A stretch of DNA of 64,000 nucleotides, taken from the NCBI GenBank assembly GCA_012295275.1, contig CM022674.1, positions 13,454,001-13,518,000 of the forward strand, given 5' to 3'. Both the position numbers and the translations under genes were made by a program. The notes beneath the pieces were generated by a model, which searched no databases, was not told the DNA's origin, and saw nothing but the letters and a program-made list of their open reading frames with translations. Source of the DNA: Chrysomallon squamiferum (Eukaryota > Animalia > Mollusca). Positions within the stretch are counted from its first letter, which is position 1; each line of letters begins with the position of its first letter. Positions 14,539 to 64,000 of the stretch are shown in pieces.

Positions 14539-14552
14539 GTTGCCATGGTAAC
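14539..14552. promoter_or_regulatory. RFX X-box GTTGCCATGGTAAC
   Basis: Consensus match between the convergent 3' ends of TPRG1L and WRAP73. Confidence 0.55.
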
Positions 14553-15918
14553 ATGTGGACTGGTTCTTGCATATTATGAATACAGTGAAAACATTGAAAC
14601 AAACTGCGAAGATCAAATATTTTAAAAAAATTCTCTGTATAGTGAAAATGTTTTAAATGATCATTTTAAAATAAAGAAAATAAATGAATGGATGACACTA
14701 TACAATATGTAATATGGAACAACAGATTTCTTGACAAATGAAAATGATACAAGAATAAGGATAATCATTAATGGATGAATACAAATTCCTTTTTTAATTT
14801 CCAAATGAAGAATGGATGGATGGATGAATGAATAAGATTATGTGAAGTATAATTAGGAATGACAGATCTCTGAATGAATGAAAAATGATATAAAACAAAT
14901 TAGAAAATTTATATAAACAAAAATCATTTATAATATATGAACCAAAGGAATGACAGATGGTGGGATGAATGACCACAGTATGTCATGAACAACTGAGAAT
15001 AACAGATTACTGGATGAATGAAGATGAATTAATGAATTACTGGAAGAATGAAAATTGTTCACTACATAAACAAAACAAAAAAAAGAAAACAAAAATAGTC
15101 ACTATAAAAAGTATATTTTAAAATTATTTTTATAATAATAATTTATGTTGGCATTAAATAATTATATATACAAATAAAGTCCACCAAATTTTTTTGTTAC
15201 AGTATTATGTATTTGTGTGGGTGTGTGTCTATATATATATATATATATAAAATGTGCCTATGGGACATTATGTTAATGACATCAAATATGTGCATAAATT
15301 AACATAGATACTTTTATTCACATTACAATGCTCATTAATTCATCTGTTATTGATAACTCTCACAAAACTGATGACAACATTTGTAATTTGAAGTACACTG
15401 CTTGTTAATTTGTTTTCAACTAGAAAGACTACAAAATATTCTTCTTATACATCAGAAAAATATTTGATAAAATGAACACAATCTCACAGTTTTGTGGACA
15501 GGAACATAAAGTGGTGATGAAATTTCTTTGTTTTGAGATGTTAGTTTAACTCATCTCTTGTGTCAAGTAATTAGTGAATAGGAATTTCCAGAGAATTAAT
15601 GAAAATTATGAATAAATGTTTAAAAATAAAAATAAATTAAAAAAAAAAAAATATATAAATAACCATCATGTCTGAAATCATGATTGAACAAATTAAAGTG
15701 GAGAAAAATACAGAGTTTAATGTTATAAATATTGGGATTGTATGTGTGTGTGTGTGTGTGTGCATGCATATTCAGTGCAAATGTGTTTATGTCATTTTAT
15801 CTATGAAGGGATGGATGGATGGGTAGATGGACTGAAGAATGGAGAAGTTTTTGAGGTATATGCATACGACACAAACTCGAAACATTTCAATTTGCTCGTT
15901 TCACAAACTAATGTTTAT

Positions 15919-43623
<27,705 letters not shown>

Positions 43624-44902
43624 CTTTCCCTCTGTTTATTATTCTTTTAACATTTGCGACTGCAATGAGTGAACCGAAGTGTGCAAAGCCCGCCGAACAA
43701 GCGTCAACTTGTGGGCGCCGCCATGTTTCAACAAGAAGAAAATAAAATGAACAAGTTAAAAAATAAATTATATCACAACAGCAAATATTTTAGAACATCT
43801 GTTAAATAATTTAGAAAATAAGTAAAGTGATATCAATACGATTATAACATTTAAAATATAGTACAATCCTTCTGATTTTCGAAGATCCTGTTTCCTCGGA
43901 CCTGTGGTCTTTTCTCTCTATCATACTAAAACGCGGTCAAGATGTAGTTCCAAATATCATATGATATGACTTAAATATTCTTTATTTGCAGTTGATAGCT
44001 AAACTGCTATTGTAGGGAATTCATTTACATTTTCATCAAAAGCAAAACTCCGTCGTTAAATAATATTTTAAATAAATTTATTTGTGCGGACGAATACCAC
44101 AGTTTCGCCTGGGACGCTTAGGGTACTTAGCACGTGGATTAATGGCAACAAGAACTTTATATTGTTTTTGTTGACATTTCAGGGCCGATGCCTTTCCAGT
44201 TATACCATTCCAAGTACACGCTTTATCTTTTAGTCTGTGTAAGTAACGTGTTTTATATTAATGTTTTGTGATTATGGATATAGCAAAAGGTTCCAGTTCG
44301 CTTTTGTCCCAAATTTTTGCAAATATGGCGGCGGTTCGGTTTGTTTACGGATGTCACCGATGTGTCGACGGGTTCCAAACCTCTGTTAATAGGTTCTGGT
44401 CTCTTCCAAATGTGTGTTTATAGCAGATGTGTTGAAATAACTTACGTTTTCTTAAGAATGCATGCATGAATTAATAGGTGTGAGTGCGGTTGTTTTTTCC
44501 TAATTTATATTAATAAACTTTATTAGGGTTAGGAATTTCCAGTCCCGACTGTCAGTAACTGTTGTACAGCTTCACTCCGATAAATTAATTTTAAAAGACA
44601 CCTTGGGGTTTGGCTGACGGTGTCATTACATCATTTTACAACAAACTAAGAAGTAATGTGAACATAAAACTTTACAGTGAATCAGTGATTACTTGTGACA
44701 GTTGTGTAACAGGTTTGTGACAATTTCGGTCATTTGGAAGCAGCATGAATGCATGTCAGAAATATGTTTATGGTTTAAACAATTATAAGGACTACACATT
44801 TTTAATGTATGCATATATTTATAATTGATAAAGACAAATTGAGGTTAACCAAGCTAAATGTAATGATTTATTATCAGTGCTCTGATAATTTTTATTTTCC
44901 AG
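43624..44902. promoter_or_regulatory. Divergent (bidirectional) promoter region for WRAP73 and TA-p63/73; probably includes a non-coding p63/73 first exon
   Basis: Head-to-head ATGs 1.3 kb apart; locally CpG-rich and free of microsatellites; YY1-like motifs at 43717-43728 and 44321-44332; candidate donor GT|GTAAGT at 44239. Confidence 0.65.
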
Positions 44903-44930
44903 ATATGGTAAAATAGCAGTGCCTAGAGGT

Positions 44931-64000
<19,070 letters not shown>

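Overview
AT-rich, microsatellite-dense animal genomic DNA, most likely a mollusc or another lophotrochozoan judging by the p53-family signatures. I rebuilt three spliced genes by hand from GT-AG junctions with consistent reading phase. (1) TPRG1L-like, + strand, 4 coding exons, 3368-8847, 301 aa. (2) WRAP73/WDR8, - strand, 14 coding exons, 43623-15919, 454 aa, with a 15.4 kb intron 8. (3) A p53/p63/p73-family gene, + strand, from 44931 to beyond the window end. It has a TA start, an internal 13-codon DeltaN first exon preceded by a perfect p53 response element, a short Lys-rich p53-like terminal exon, and downstream SAM/TID exons. Gene order and orientation match the human TPRG1L-WRAP73-TP73 block. 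Other notable items: tandem duplications anchored on splice sites, a series of RFX X-boxes, a nearly intronless DNA-binding domain, and an odd SAM-exon acceptor that would insert poly-Tyr. Most ORFs in the supplied track are microsatellite artefacts.
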